Position numbers and translations under genes: made by a program. Source: Candidatus Obscuribacterales bacterium (lineage in GTDB: Bacteria > Cyanobacteriota > Vampirovibrionia > Obscuribacterales > Obscuribacteraceae). Taken from it: a stretch of DNA of 64,000 bases. Positions within the stretch are counted from its first letter, which is position 1, and the number at the start of each line of letters is the position of its first letter. The DNA lies in NCBI GenBank assembly GCA_965228855.1, contig CBDDIJ010000003.1, forward strand, positions 2,912,001 to 2,976,000. Direction: 5' to 3'. This document shows positions 40,661-50,120 of the stretch, piece after piece. A model generated the notes under the pieces. The model ran no database searches. It saw only the letters and a list, made by a program, of their open reading frames with translations, and was not told where the DNA came from.

Positions 40661-41968
40661 GTGACGGCGTTTATGACAGTTTCGAAACTAAACCGATTTT
40701 CCGTTTCACTAGCCCTGTCGATTGCCTTTTCTCTAACTGCTGTGAAAGCGGGCGCCGCGGCTCAAACAACGCCCGCCGCAACACCATCAGGCGCCCCGAA
40801 CGAAGCGGCAGCGCCCGTCGTGAGCCTGACCTCTCAGGCCCTCAACCAGAAGGGGCAAAACTACAAAATGTCGCCGGACGACAGTACCTGGCGAGAGTTT
40901 CTCGAAACTCTTCGTATCTACCTGACTGATGTTCGCACACTTAAGGCGCCCTCGACAGCGGTTATCGGGCAAAACAAAGCACTCAAGGACATGCAAGCCC
41001 GAGTCCTGGACGCTGGTGGCGCGAGAGTCTGGACTTTCCCTGGCTCACAACACAATCACAGCCTGGTCATTCAGTCGGCGGGCTCGACTACACCAGAGGG
41101 CACAACAGGCGCGAGAGTTTCAATCGTACCGGTTCCGGAAACAGCCAACGTCACAGCCGCAAAAATCATCAGGTCTTTTACAACCACGACGAAACCGATG
41201 AAAGTTGGCAGACATAAAGTCGTGCAAAAGACGGTGAAAGTCGAAGGACCAAGCATGCTTTGCGTGGCGGGACTCGACCGAGTTTCCGGTCTGGTTTACC
41301 TGGGCGCTTTCAAACCGGTTGCCGGAGCATGGGTGGCAACCAGCGAGCCATTCTCCCAGATTCCATCACACTTTATGCAGTCTCTATCCGGTCAGGCGAG
41401 CTTCTCCGGCAACGACCTGGTGTTGTCGGTTTCATCGCAAAATTCCGCGCCGCCAAGCGAGAATGCCAACGGCAACACGCTCCCGCGGCCGAAGTCGACT
41501 TCCTATCAAATCGTCTTGAAGTTCAACGGTGGTCACTTCCAACTGGCGGGTAGCCCTGGCAAAGACGTTCCGCTCTCGGTGGTGTCTTACTTTGTGCAAT
41601 GCGTGCGGACCAATCGCATGGATCTAGCCAAAGCATGGGTCGCCGACCCGCTTTTGATCAACAACATGAAGTATGCAGGCTTGATTGGTAAAAACGGAGA
41701 CCCTTACAAACTCGTTGCCATGACACAGCCGCCAAATGCGTACGCGCGCTATCGACTGGTCACAGGAACCAAGTACGACTTGATTTTCGATGTCGGCAAG
41801 GTCAAAAAAGACATTCTGATCAAAGCTATTTTCATAGCGCCGCCGGACAACCTCGCCCGCAACCTTGCCGGTACGATGATCGGCGCACCAGTAACGCCTC
41901 CGGCAACGGTCGACGCAGGCGCCGCGCCCGCGACGCCCGCTGCCACAGCGCCGAAGGCGGAACACTAG
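40661..41968 (+). CDS. secreted hypothetical protein
   Basis: Signal-peptide-like N-terminus (…AVKAGAAA) with Pro/Ala-rich ends. Start is GTG 40661 or ATG 40673. Confidence 0.65.
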   Translation: MTAFMTVSKLNRFSVSLALSIAFSLTAVKAGAAAQTTPAATPSGAPNEAAAPVVSLTSQALNQKGQNYKMSPDDSTWREFLETLRIYLTDVRTLKAPSTAVIGQNKALKDMQARVLDAGGARVWTFPGSQHNHSLVIQSAGSTTPEGTTGARVSIVPVPETANVTAAKIIRSFTTTTKPMKVGRHKVVQKTVKVEGPSMLCVAGLDRVSGLVYLGAFKPVAGAWVATSEPFSQIPSHFMQSLSGQASFSGNDLVLSVSSQNSAPPSENANGNTLPRPKSTSYQIVLKFNGGHFQLAGSPGKDVPLSVVSYFVQCVRTNRMDLAKAWVADPLLINNMKYAGLIGKNGDPYKLVAMTQPPNAYARYRLVTGTKYDLIFDVGKVKKDILIKAIFIAPPDNLARNLAGTMIGAPVTPPATVDAGAAPATPAATAPKAEH

Positions 41969-42039
41969 AAGCGGTTTCAATCTCTTTAAACAGAAAAGAT
42001 GCTTTGTTCTACATTTAGATAAGAACCAGATCCAAATAT

Positions 42040-44040
42040 ATGATCTGGAACACTACTCGAAATGGGAATATTATTGAACAGATCAACACGGAAAGGTTTC
42101 AAAAGTTGCGTCGTCCTCCACCAAATAACGACTTGCAGGGACGCAAGCTGGAAACGGACCGCGATTTGACCCTCGATGAGAGAGGTTACTTCGGCGCCGC
42201 CCAGACATTTTTGACGTATTCATATCGAGAAAACCTCTTCGCGCAGCTCGACAGGCTTGTTGAGGCGGGTAAGACAGTCGACGGTTTAATCATCGATCTG
42301 ATGCAGACGGGCTTCTCGCTGCCGCTTGATGCACTGGCAAAATTTGCCCAGTACGCAAAACGCCTTTTGAAACCGTCCGGCGTTCTGCTCTTCGTCAAAG
42401 CGGACGGTGCCATTACACTGTCAAAGGACGACTCATCAGGTGGCTTGACACTCAACGTCTATGATAGCCCCTTCGGAATTTTCGCTCGCCATCCGCTTCT
42501 TGCAGACTACGTTTGCGCAACAGTCTCCGGTATCGATCGCCGACGACTTCGCGGCGGTGGCAGCACGCTTGCAACGCACATTCTCTACAATTCGGTTCCA
42601 GTCGTGCGCGAAGAAGGAAAAGCCATCAAAGGCGACTTCTCGCTTCCTGCGCCGCAGAACTGGGTCTTGCAATTGGTTGACGATTACTCTTCGGTGGAGT
42701 CGATTGTTCGCACACTGGAGGCGCGTAATCAATTGCCGGCGGATGAGACCCTGCGAATTCTTCAAGAGATGGAGTCGCAACGCTTTATCTATCCCATTTT
42801 TGCGCGGGTCCAGTTCTTATCGAATTGCTACCACAATCGCAAGAAGTTTCGCCTCGGTCGATACATGGTGGCAGCTGGAATATTGACGGAAAACGAATTG
42901 CAGGAGCTCTTGGAACTGCAGCAAGAAGAAGGCTGGGGTAAACAGCAGAAGACATATTTAGGCTTGCTGGCTGTGCGTCAGGGTTATCTGACGACGCGCG
43001 AACTCGAAGTTCTGCTCGACGATCAGTATCTCTACGGCGGCTACAACGTCGATCGAATGAAAGACTCCAATGGTAAGGAGCGCGCTGTCAATTCAGATTC
43101 CATGCGCGATTCGATGATTGGAAGTCTCGGAGCGATAGACACGGCCGGTCTATTGCAATCACTTTCAACTGCGAAGAAGACCGGTTTGCTTACAGTTGAG
43201 AACCGCGACAAATCTTGCACAATCGCATTCAATCTTGGAAAACCGACACACGCGAAGATGAATAAATTAGTCGGCATTGATGCGATGACTGAATTTCTTG
43301 TGGATTGGTCCGAAGGCATTTTTGTCTTCAAAGATAAAGCAGTGTCAACCGAGATTGACGATTCATGCACCTTTACACAATCACTGGACAAAATTCTTTT
43401 AGACTCGGCACTAGCACAAGATCAAGTAAATCAAATTCTCAGCGGTTTGCCTTCCGGAAAAAACACAATCCTGGAACGCGTATGGAATTTTGAAACCCTC
43501 TGGACAAAGGCTAACGAACGCCCTCTTCAATACATAGACGAAACCACTCCGTCCGAGCGCGACAAACAAAATATTCTGGACCTTGTGCAACTGATCGACG
43601 GACTCTCGACCATAGATGAAGTGATTCGATCACATGAATCCTGGCCGGGTCATATGATCATGAAGGCTATTCAACTGCTGATCGATAATAAACTTGTGTC
43701 GATTCAACAGGCGAGTTTGTTTAGACCTCTTACTGTTTTCCAAAAGATTACGGCTGAAATTCAGGATGTCATCGGCAGAGAAGACAACCGCAGTATTCTG
43801 GAAGCGAGCCTGCATTATGTGCACGGCGACTCACCGGCATCAAATCGTTTCAACATCGACCATGAAGGTCGCGTATCGGTAAACTTGAGCCAGGTTAAGC
43901 GCACCGGCGCGCCGGTATCCGCCGTGCTTCTTGAACTGCGACGCTGGATGGAAGCCTATCTTGCCTATTGTCGGCGTCAGAGCGATCCGGCCATCATCGA
44001 TGAAATTGTCACGCGCATCATCGACACGCACCGCTCCTGA
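42040..44040 (+). CDS. MshEN-motif + DUF4388/PatA_N multidomain protein
   Basis: Tandem RLGRYMVAAGILTENELQELLELQ / YLGLLAVRQGYLTTRELEVLLDDQ motifs; DUF4388 GSLGAIDTAGLLQ...KTGLLTV...WSEGIFVF. Confidence 0.8.
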   Translation: MIWNTTRNGNIIEQINTERFQKLRRPPPNNDLQGRKLETDRDLTLDERGYFGAAQTFLTYSYRENLFAQLDRLVEAGKTVDGLIIDLMQTGFSLPLDALAKFAQYAKRLLKPSGVLLFVKADGAITLSKDDSSGGLTLNVYDSPFGIFARHPLLADYVCATVSGIDRRRLRGGGSTLATHILYNSVPVVREEGKAIKGDFSLPAPQNWVLQLVDDYSSVESIVRTLEARNQLPADETLRILQEMESQRFIYPIFARVQFLSNCYHNRKKFRLGRYMVAAGILTENELQELLELQQEEGWGKQQKTYLGLLAVRQGYLTTRELEVLLDDQYLYGGYNVDRMKDSNGKERAVNSDSMRDSMIGSLGAIDTAGLLQSLSTAKKTGLLTVENRDKSCTIAFNLGKPTHAKMNKLVGIDAMTEFLVDWSEGIFVFKDKAVSTEIDDSCTFTQSLDKILLDSALAQDQVNQILSGLPSGKNTILERVWNFETLWTKANERPLQYIDETTPSERDKQNILDLVQLIDGLSTIDEVIRSHESWPGHMIMKAIQLLIDNKLVSIQQASLFRPLTVFQKITAEIQDVIGREDNRSILEASLHYVHGDSPASNRFNIDHEGRVSVNLSQVKRTGAPVSAVLLELRRWMEAYLAYCRRQSDPAIIDEIVTRIIDTHRS

Positions 44041-44145
44041 ACAGCTTCAATAAACGCAAAGTTGCAATGCTCGGATCAGGCTTGAAGTGCGCTAAAATTA
44101 GCGCTCGTTCGATCAGTGCAATTTACGTCAGATAGGAAACTTCGT

Positions 44146-45756
44146 ATGAATTTCGAGCTAGTTAAAACGTCGCTATCGCAGACCAAGGCAGACATCGTAG
44201 TCGTGGGATTGTTTAAGGGTGAGGACGCTGGAAAAGCGTTGAAAGGGATCGATGCCAAGTTCCCGCAGGCAATCCAAGAGGCTGTCACAAAGCATCTGGA
44301 CAGCGAAGGATTTAAAGCGAAAGTTTCCGATCTGGTGTCGATTCCGACGTTCGGTCATATCTCCGCTCCGAGAATGATTGTAGTCGGTTTAGGTCCAAAA
44401 GAAGAATTCACGCCGAATGTAATTCGTAAAGCGTCTGCGACAGTCGCTCGAAAGCTTAAGTCTGCAGGCGGCTCTATGAAAGTCGTGATGTTTTTGAGAA
44501 CTGAAGGCGCAGCAAAAACATCAGCGTCGAAAGCGCGCAAGTCACCTTCTCCAGCCACTACGGGCGGTGCCGAGCATCAAATCAGTTCCGCGGTTGAAGG
44601 CTGGTCGCTCGGCAAGTATGAGTTCGACAAATACAAGGCCGGAAAAGACAAAGAGAAAGAAACAGGCTCCGCAAAGAAATCTTCGACAAGCAAAACTGCA
44701 ACGGCAAAATCCAGCAAGAAAGCGCATCTTTCACTGGCAATCGGCGGTGTGAGCCTGGAATCCAAAGCATTCTCGAAGGCAGCTCATCAAGGAGAGGCAA
44801 TATCGGAAGCCACCAACTTCGCCAGAATGTTAATCAACGAACCTCCGATCTACATGACGCCCACACGCTTGTCGATTGAAGCGAAAGACATCGCGAAGCA
44901 TTATGGAATGTCTTGCACAATTATTGATGCAGCTCAGGCGGAGAAGCTCGGCATGGGATGCTTCCTCGGCGTAGCGCGGGGAGCGGCGGAACCTCCGAAA
45001 TTCATCGTCATGAAGTACACCGCTTCAAAGTCGAAGAAAACAGTCGCGATCGTCGGCAAAGGAATCACATTCGACTCGGGCGGACTCTCGTTGAAACCCG
45101 CACAAAGCATGGAGCGAATGAAGTACGACATGTCGGGAGCTGCATGCGTCTTGGGTGCAATGAAAGTTGTCGGAGAGTTGAAACCAAACGTCAATGTTCT
45201 GGCGGTTGTTGCAGCGACTGAAAACATGCCCGGAAGCAAAGCTCTCCACCCCGGAGATGTAATCACCGCAATGAACGGCAAAACGGTGGAGGTCAATAAT
45301 ACCGACGCGGAAGGCCGGCTTGTACTAGCCGATGCGCTCACATATGCGGTTGGTCAGAAGGCAGATGAGCTTATAGACGTTGCCACTCTCACCGGTGCCG
45401 TAGTCACAGCACTCGGTCGCGTGGCCGCGGGAATCATGGGTTCGGACCAAGATCTTGTCGATCGCGTAATGGAGTCAGGCGAGAAGTCCGGTGAGAAATT
45501 CTGGCAGCTTCCGCTGTTTGACGAATACAAGCAAGCGCTGCACAGTGATGTCGCCGATTTGATCAACGCAGGAGCTCGCGGTGAGGCAGGTAGTTCGTGC
45601 GCCGGGATGTTCCTCAAAGAGTTCGTTGACGGCAAACCCTGGGCACACCTCGATATCGCGGGTGTGGCGTGGTCTGACAAGAACGCCAATGATCTGAATA
45701 AAGGCGGAACAGGATTCGGCGTTCGCACGCTCTCGACATACCTTCTCTCACATTAA
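44146..45756 (+). CDS. pepA: leucyl aminopeptidase (M17)
   Basis: VGKGITFDSGG, MKYDMSG, NTDAEGRL, ATLTGA and WAHLDIAG motifs. Confidence 0.95.
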   Translation: MNFELVKTSLSQTKADIVVVGLFKGEDAGKALKGIDAKFPQAIQEAVTKHLDSEGFKAKVSDLVSIPTFGHISAPRMIVVGLGPKEEFTPNVIRKASATVARKLKSAGGSMKVVMFLRTEGAAKTSASKARKSPSPATTGGAEHQISSAVEGWSLGKYEFDKYKAGKDKEKETGSAKKSSTSKTATAKSSKKAHLSLAIGGVSLESKAFSKAAHQGEAISEATNFARMLINEPPIYMTPTRLSIEAKDIAKHYGMSCTIIDAAQAEKLGMGCFLGVARGAAEPPKFIVMKYTASKSKKTVAIVGKGITFDSGGLSLKPAQSMERMKYDMSGAACVLGAMKVVGELKPNVNVLAVVAATENMPGSKALHPGDVITAMNGKTVEVNNTDAEGRLVLADALTYAVGQKADELIDVATLTGAVVTALGRVAAGIMGSDQDLVDRVMESGEKSGEKFWQLPLFDEYKQALHSDVADLINAGARGEAGSSCAGMFLKEFVDGKPWAHLDIAGVAWSDKNANDLNKGGTGFGVRTLSTYLLSH

Positions 45757-45937
45757 GTCATACATCTATAGGATTCGATTTGCGGATTCGATCGGTCTCT
45801 GACAGGCGCGCCTAGAACAGGCTCCGTCAATGAGAGCGCGACGGTTTTCGCCAATTCCGTCGCTCTCTGATTGACAGGCGCAAAAATGCGCGCCTGGCAA
45901 GCATTTGAAATTCTTCAAAATCTTTTTTGAAAAAATT

Positions 45938-45963
45938 GAACTTTTTGGGTCGAAATTACGTAA
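45938..45963 (+). promoter_or_regulatory. candidate ECF sigma promoter
   Basis: GAACTT at 45938 and CGTAA at 45959 (AAC-N17-CGT), upstream of a Spy/CpxP-like gene. Confidence 0.4.
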
Positions 45964-46036
45964 TTAACAATAGAGGGCGATGCAGTTTCATCCGCCACCG
46001 AGAATCAATAATCTATCCAAGTTAAGGAGATACGCA

Positions 46037-46648
46037 ATGAGATTTGCTGTAGCTTTGTTCGCCCTGGGTTTTGTTGCCCAATCTTTTGCACCTGCATTTG
46101 CTGAAGAGACCGCTCTTGCCGAAATAGCAGCTGCCGTTCCAATAATGGAAGGAGTCAGTGCCAATGTTATTTCCGGCGAAGGTGCCGAAAGGGCACGAAT
46201 GCAATTTACCGATCAACAGAAAGAAAAATTCTATGAGCTGAAAAACAAATTGCTCTCGGAAGCGGGTCCGAAAAAGCTGGCCCTTGCTGAGCAAAAGCGA
46301 CTCTTAAAAGATCTGCTCACTCAGGAGACAATCGATCGAAAAGCAGTGCAAGCAGCGCAAGACAAAATCAATTCGCTCCACACCGAGCTTGCAAATGTTT
46401 CTGTTGCCTACAAGATGGACTTTCAACAGGAACTCACGCCGGATCAGCGCAAGATCATGCGTTACAAGAGCCTGAGACCGGGAGGCAAAGGTCGTTCACA
46501 CCATGGACGGAAAATGCATCACAAAGGTTTTCCGCGTGCGAGCGAACAAACCGGCGACAAAATCGGCAGCACCGAATCTGGTGGCGCTCAGCTGAACGTC
46601 GATGGCGACTTAATAAACGCCGACAACATTACCGCGTCGAACATCTAG
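46037..46648 (+). CDS. Spy/CpxP-like periplasmic protein
   Basis: Signal peptide ending APAFA; FTDQQK and LTPDQR motifs; AAGGAG RBS before ATG 46037. Confidence 0.75.
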   Translation: MRFAVALFALGFVAQSFAPAFAEETALAEIAAAVPIMEGVSANVISGEGAERARMQFTDQQKEKFYELKNKLLSEAGPKKLALAEQKRLLKDLLTQETIDRKAVQAAQDKINSLHTELANVSVAYKMDFQQELTPDQRKIMRYKSLRPGGKGRSHHGRKMHHKGFPRASEQTGDKIGSTESGGAQLNVDGDLINADNITASNI

Positions 46649-46682
46649 TTATCGAAGGATTTTCACGGTGCTCTGAAGTAAT

Positions 46683-46714
46683 AAGGCGGAAGTTGCAAGG
46701 CTTCCGCTTTTTTT
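46683..46714 (+). terminator. intrinsic terminator (between convergent genes)
   Basis: aaggcggaagtt-GCAA-ggcttccgc-TTTTTTT. Confidence 0.8.
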
Positions 46715-47444
46715 ATGCCATTCCTGGCTGAAGATATGCCAGATAACTCTGGGTGCGCTCATCGCTGGCCAATTTCTTCAATATTTTTCGAACGCTGGTG
46801 CGAACGGAATCAACGTTGACTGCCATTCGCATAGCAATCTCGTTCTCATCCTGACCATGCATGATAGATTTCAAAATCTGCAGCTCTCTCGAACTCAGAA
46901 TGGATAGCGCGTCTTCATCTTCGACATCTTCAACAGCGGAGATTTCAACACTCTCTTCATTCTCACTTGCTTCTGCAGTTTCGTAAACCTTTACGACATG
47001 ACGAGCAACAGTCGAATCGAGCCATCCACAACCCTCAAATACTTTCTGAATCACACTAACTAATTCAGGAGTCTGAATCGACTTGCAGCAATACGCATCG
47101 GCGCCCGCCGCAAGAGAGGCAAAGGTGCGCTGCTCGTCGTCGAAAGACGTCAGCATAACGACTCGCGTTTCGGGCAATTCACTTTTTATTATTCTAGTGG
47201 CATCGATACCGTTCAATTCGGGCAAGCCAATATCCATGATCACAACCAGTGGATTCAAGCTCCTCGCCTTCTCCACGGCATCAAGCCCGTTAGCCGCCTC
47301 CCCAAGAACCGCGAGGTTCTCGAATTTCTCAAGGGCCTTCTTCAAGCTGAACCGCATAATCTCCTGATCTTCGACGATGAGAACAGAAATACGATTTATG
47401 TTTGACGGACGGAGTTCTTCGGCCAAACTTTCCTCTGGTTTCAA
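46713..47444 (-). CDS. NarL/LuxR-family response regulator
   Basis: VLIVED, MDIGLPELNG and MLTS receiver motifs; LSSRELQIL LuxR-type HTH (divergent). Confidence 0.88.
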   Translation of the reverse strand: MKPEESLAEELRPSNINRISVLIVEDQEIMRFSLKKALEKFENLAVLGEAANGLDAVEKARSLNPLVVIMDIGLPELNGIDATRIIKSELPETRVVMLTSFDDEQRTFASLAAGADAYCCKSIQTPELVSVIQKVFEGCGWLDSTVARHVVKVYETAEASENEESVEISAVEDVEDEDALSILSSRELQILKSIMHGQDENEIAMRMAVNVDSVRTSVRKILKKLASDERTQSYLAYLQPGMA

Positions 47445-47499
47445 ACCCTTAGATAAACAAGTAAGTTATGCCCAAAACTCTTGCAGAATTAGTCCGACA

Positions 47500-48219
47500 T
47501 CAAGATTTTTTGTCATTTTCGACCACACGAAGCCTGTATCCCACACCAGGTTCGGTGATCAAATATTTTGGCCGCGCTGGCTGTTCTTCTAACTTTTGTC
47601 GCAATTGACCCAGGTAAACACGCAGATAATGGCCCTGTTTCGCATGTCCCGGTCCCCAGATTTCGCGTAGCAAGACCTGTTGTGTAACCACCCGATCGGC
47701 ATTTTTCACGAGCATGTTTAAAATCTGATGCTCGATCGGCGTGAGGTGAACTTCTTCGCCCTTCAAATGAACGGTTCGTTTTGCAAGGTCCACTTGCAGT
47801 TCCCCAGAAACAAAAACAGGTTCTTCCGTCGCAGTATTCTTTTCCCTATGTCTAAACGCAACTTTTATGCGAGCCAGCAGTTCGAGAATTCCAAAAGGTT
47901 TTGTGACGTAATCGTCGGCGCCAGCCTCGAGAGCCTCAATCTTATCTTTTTCCATGCTGCGCGCGGACAGCACTATTATTGGAACTCGCGTCCACTCCCG
48001 AGCTCTTTGAGTAAATGTGACACCATCGAGATCCGGCAGCCCGAGATCCAGAATCACCAGGTCAGGCTTTTTCTCAGCTAAAAGAGTCAAACCCTCTTCA
48101 CCTTTTGGCGTTTCAAGCAAGTTGTATCCGTGGTTCACCAGCGAGATACGCAAGAAACGCCTGATTTCAGGCTCATCTTCAACGATCAAAATTGTTGGTC
48201 CGTCATTCATGCTCGACAA
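47500..48219 (-). CDS. kdpE: KdpE-like OmpR-family response regulator
   Basis: VEDEPEIRRFLR, LDLGLPDLDG, HLTPIE, IWGP, YLRVYLGQLRQKLE and ITEPGVGYR. Confidence 0.85.
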   Translation of the reverse strand: MSSMNDGPTILIVEDEPEIRRFLRISLVNHGYNLLETPKGEEGLTLLAEKKPDLVILDLGLPDLDGVTFTQRAREWTRVPIIVLSARSMEKDKIEALEAGADDYVTKPFGILELLARIKVAFRHREKNTATEEPVFVSGELQVDLAKRTVHLKGEEVHLTPIEHQILNMLVKNADRVVTQQVLLREIWGPGHAKQGHYLRVYLGQLRQKLEEQPARPKYLITEPGVGYRLRVVENDKKS

Positions 48220-48281
48220 AAATCACCCTGCTACTTCCCTGCCTCCAACCTGCACAATATGCTTCTAGCTGCTCATCTCCG

Positions 48282-49445
48282 CTATTGCGCTTCAATTTCG
48301 ACTTGAGGAGTCTCGCTTGAAAGCGGCAGCTGAAACTTGATCGATACTCCATCTTTCAATCCCGGCACAGCAAATATTTTTCCACCATGCAGCTCGATTA
48401 TAGACTGGCAGATAGCGAGCCCGAGACCGGCTCCTTCGCTTTCGCTAATCGCTGAGCCACTTCGATAGAACTTCTCAAAAATCTTTTGCTCCTCCCCAGG
48501 CTCTATCGGATTGCCAAAATTAAAAACTTCTACCTCGGCGATTCCATCCAATTTCGCAACCTGAATTCTATAACTTTCAGTGGATGCATATTTGATGCAG
48601 TTTTCGATAAGATTGATAAACACCTTTTCAATCAACAATCCATCAACATAAAGGAGAGGAAAATCCTGCGGAATACGGATATCAATCTCCTTTTCAGTCA
48701 AGGAATTTTCCAGCGAGGTCAGGGCATTGCCCAAAATTTCATCAAACGAATACCATTCTTTATTTAAAACCAAACCGCCGGACTCCAGGCTCGTCATCTC
48801 CAGCAAGTTAGCAACCTGCCGATCAAGGCGTTTGCTCTCGCGACAAATCGATAGTGCCAGTTCCGTGCGGTCCTCTTCAGAGACCGCCTGCCCACTGGCA
48901 TCGAGCAGGCTACTTGCGGCTCCCATGATGGTTGACAACGGGCTACGCAAGTCATGCGACACAGAACGCAATAGCGTGTTCTTCATACGTTCTTTATCGA
49001 TTTGCGCTTCCGTGTCTCGAAGAAGAATCGCTTGTCGCCGAGCTTTGAACGAAAGCTCGTTTATCAATATTGCCACCACCAGAAATACTACCAGTATAAG
49101 GATGTAGTCCAGGTCATCTGGCTGCTGCATCGAAATTGGCCGGATATAGACGAGACAGAACGATATCACATTCAGTACCACGGCTAAAATCGCCCGGCTG
49201 CGATCAAAGCGAAGCGCACTCCATACGATGCCCATAAGATAGGGCATCACCAGGTTGGCAGAGTGGATCGGACGCGATAGTGAACTATCGATTGTTTGAA
49301 GAAGAAACGCCGCACCAGTAGTAATCAGCACGACACCAAGCACGCTCAGAACACCACCTACCGTTTGGAAGCCCTTGCCACTTCCAGTCAGAGATTGTTC
49401 AGCTTTGCTTGGTGTCATGTTTTTCGGCTCTTCGATCCCTTTCAC
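48282..49445 (-). CDS. short KdpD-like sensor kinase (DUF4118-type TM + HisKA + HATPase)
   Basis: Four TM helices, LLRSVSHDLRSPL, VANLLEMT, NLIENCIKY, IFEKFYR and GAGLGLAIC. Confidence 0.8.
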   Translation of the reverse strand: MKGIEEPKNMTPSKAEQSLTGSGKGFQTVGGVLSVLGVVLITTGAAFLLQTIDSSLSRPIHSANLVMPYLMGIVWSALRFDRSRAILAVVLNVISFCLVYIRPISMQQPDDLDYILILVVFLVVAILINELSFKARRQAILLRDTEAQIDKERMKNTLLRSVSHDLRSPLSTIMGAASSLLDASGQAVSEEDRTELALSICRESKRLDRQVANLLEMTSLESGGLVLNKEWYSFDEILGNALTSLENSLTEKEIDIRIPQDFPLLYVDGLLIEKVFINLIENCIKYASTESYRIQVAKLDGIAEVEVFNFGNPIEPGEEQKIFEKFYRSGSAISESEGAGLGLAICQSIIELHGGKIFAVPGLKDGVSIKFQLPLSSETPQVEIEAQ

Positions 49446-49550
49446 GTAAGGACCTTTTTGGAAAACTTACCAGCCCATATAACATTTGCACACGACCAAC
49501 TATATCACTCGATAAGCATCACCTCCTGGTTAACGACACGATTCACCTGA

Positions 49551-50120
49551 TTACGCCGCAGAGAACGAGCGATAACCAAAGTCGAGTCGTTCGAGCGTCA
49601 TCGCCGCCCTCATACTAACGAACGGATTTTCGTCCTCCTCTAAACGAAGTAAAACCGATACGCAGACGTGTGGACTTTCTGCCAGACGATATCGGACATC
49701 GGAATGCTCGTCCTCCACGAGCTCATGAAGAATGTTGGTCGGAGTGTTCGCATTTTCTGCCACTGCCATGCGAACTTCAAAATGGCTTGAACGGGCAAGC
49801 TCTGCCAAAGTGAATCCGCTGGCTCTCGGATGTTCTGCAATTCTTTCAAGAACTTCTTTATCGGCGGAGCCTGCTAATCGGTTTAACAGAGCGGATGGAG
49901 CGTCCGGATCTCGCACTATCAATCTCGCAAGCTTGTTGATCTTCTCATCGGAATCTTCGATCACGTCCGCAAGCTGGAGTGAGCACGCAGTGCCCTTTTC
50001 CTTGCTCTTGTGCAGTCTATCGCGGAGTTCGCTAACAAGTTCTTCGCGCACGTGCGCCGGCGATTCACAGAAATAACGACCAAGGCTTTTGAAGTAGATA
50101 AGCATCTCCATATCGATCAA
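49551..50120 (-). CDS. leucine-rich-variant (LRV/HEAT-like) repeat protein
   Basis: Repeats of about 24 aa: VLERIAEHP, VRMAVAENANTP, VRYRLAESP. GGGAGG RBS. Confidence 0.75.
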   Translation of the reverse strand: MIDMEMLIYFKSLGRYFCESPAHVREELVSELRDRLHKSKEKGTACSLQLADVIEDSDEKINKLARLIVRDPDAPSALLNRLAGSADKEVLERIAEHPRASGFTLAELARSSHFEVRMAVAENANTPTNILHELVEDEHSDVRYRLAESPHVCVSVLLRLEEDENPFVSMRAAMTLERLDFGYRSFSAA

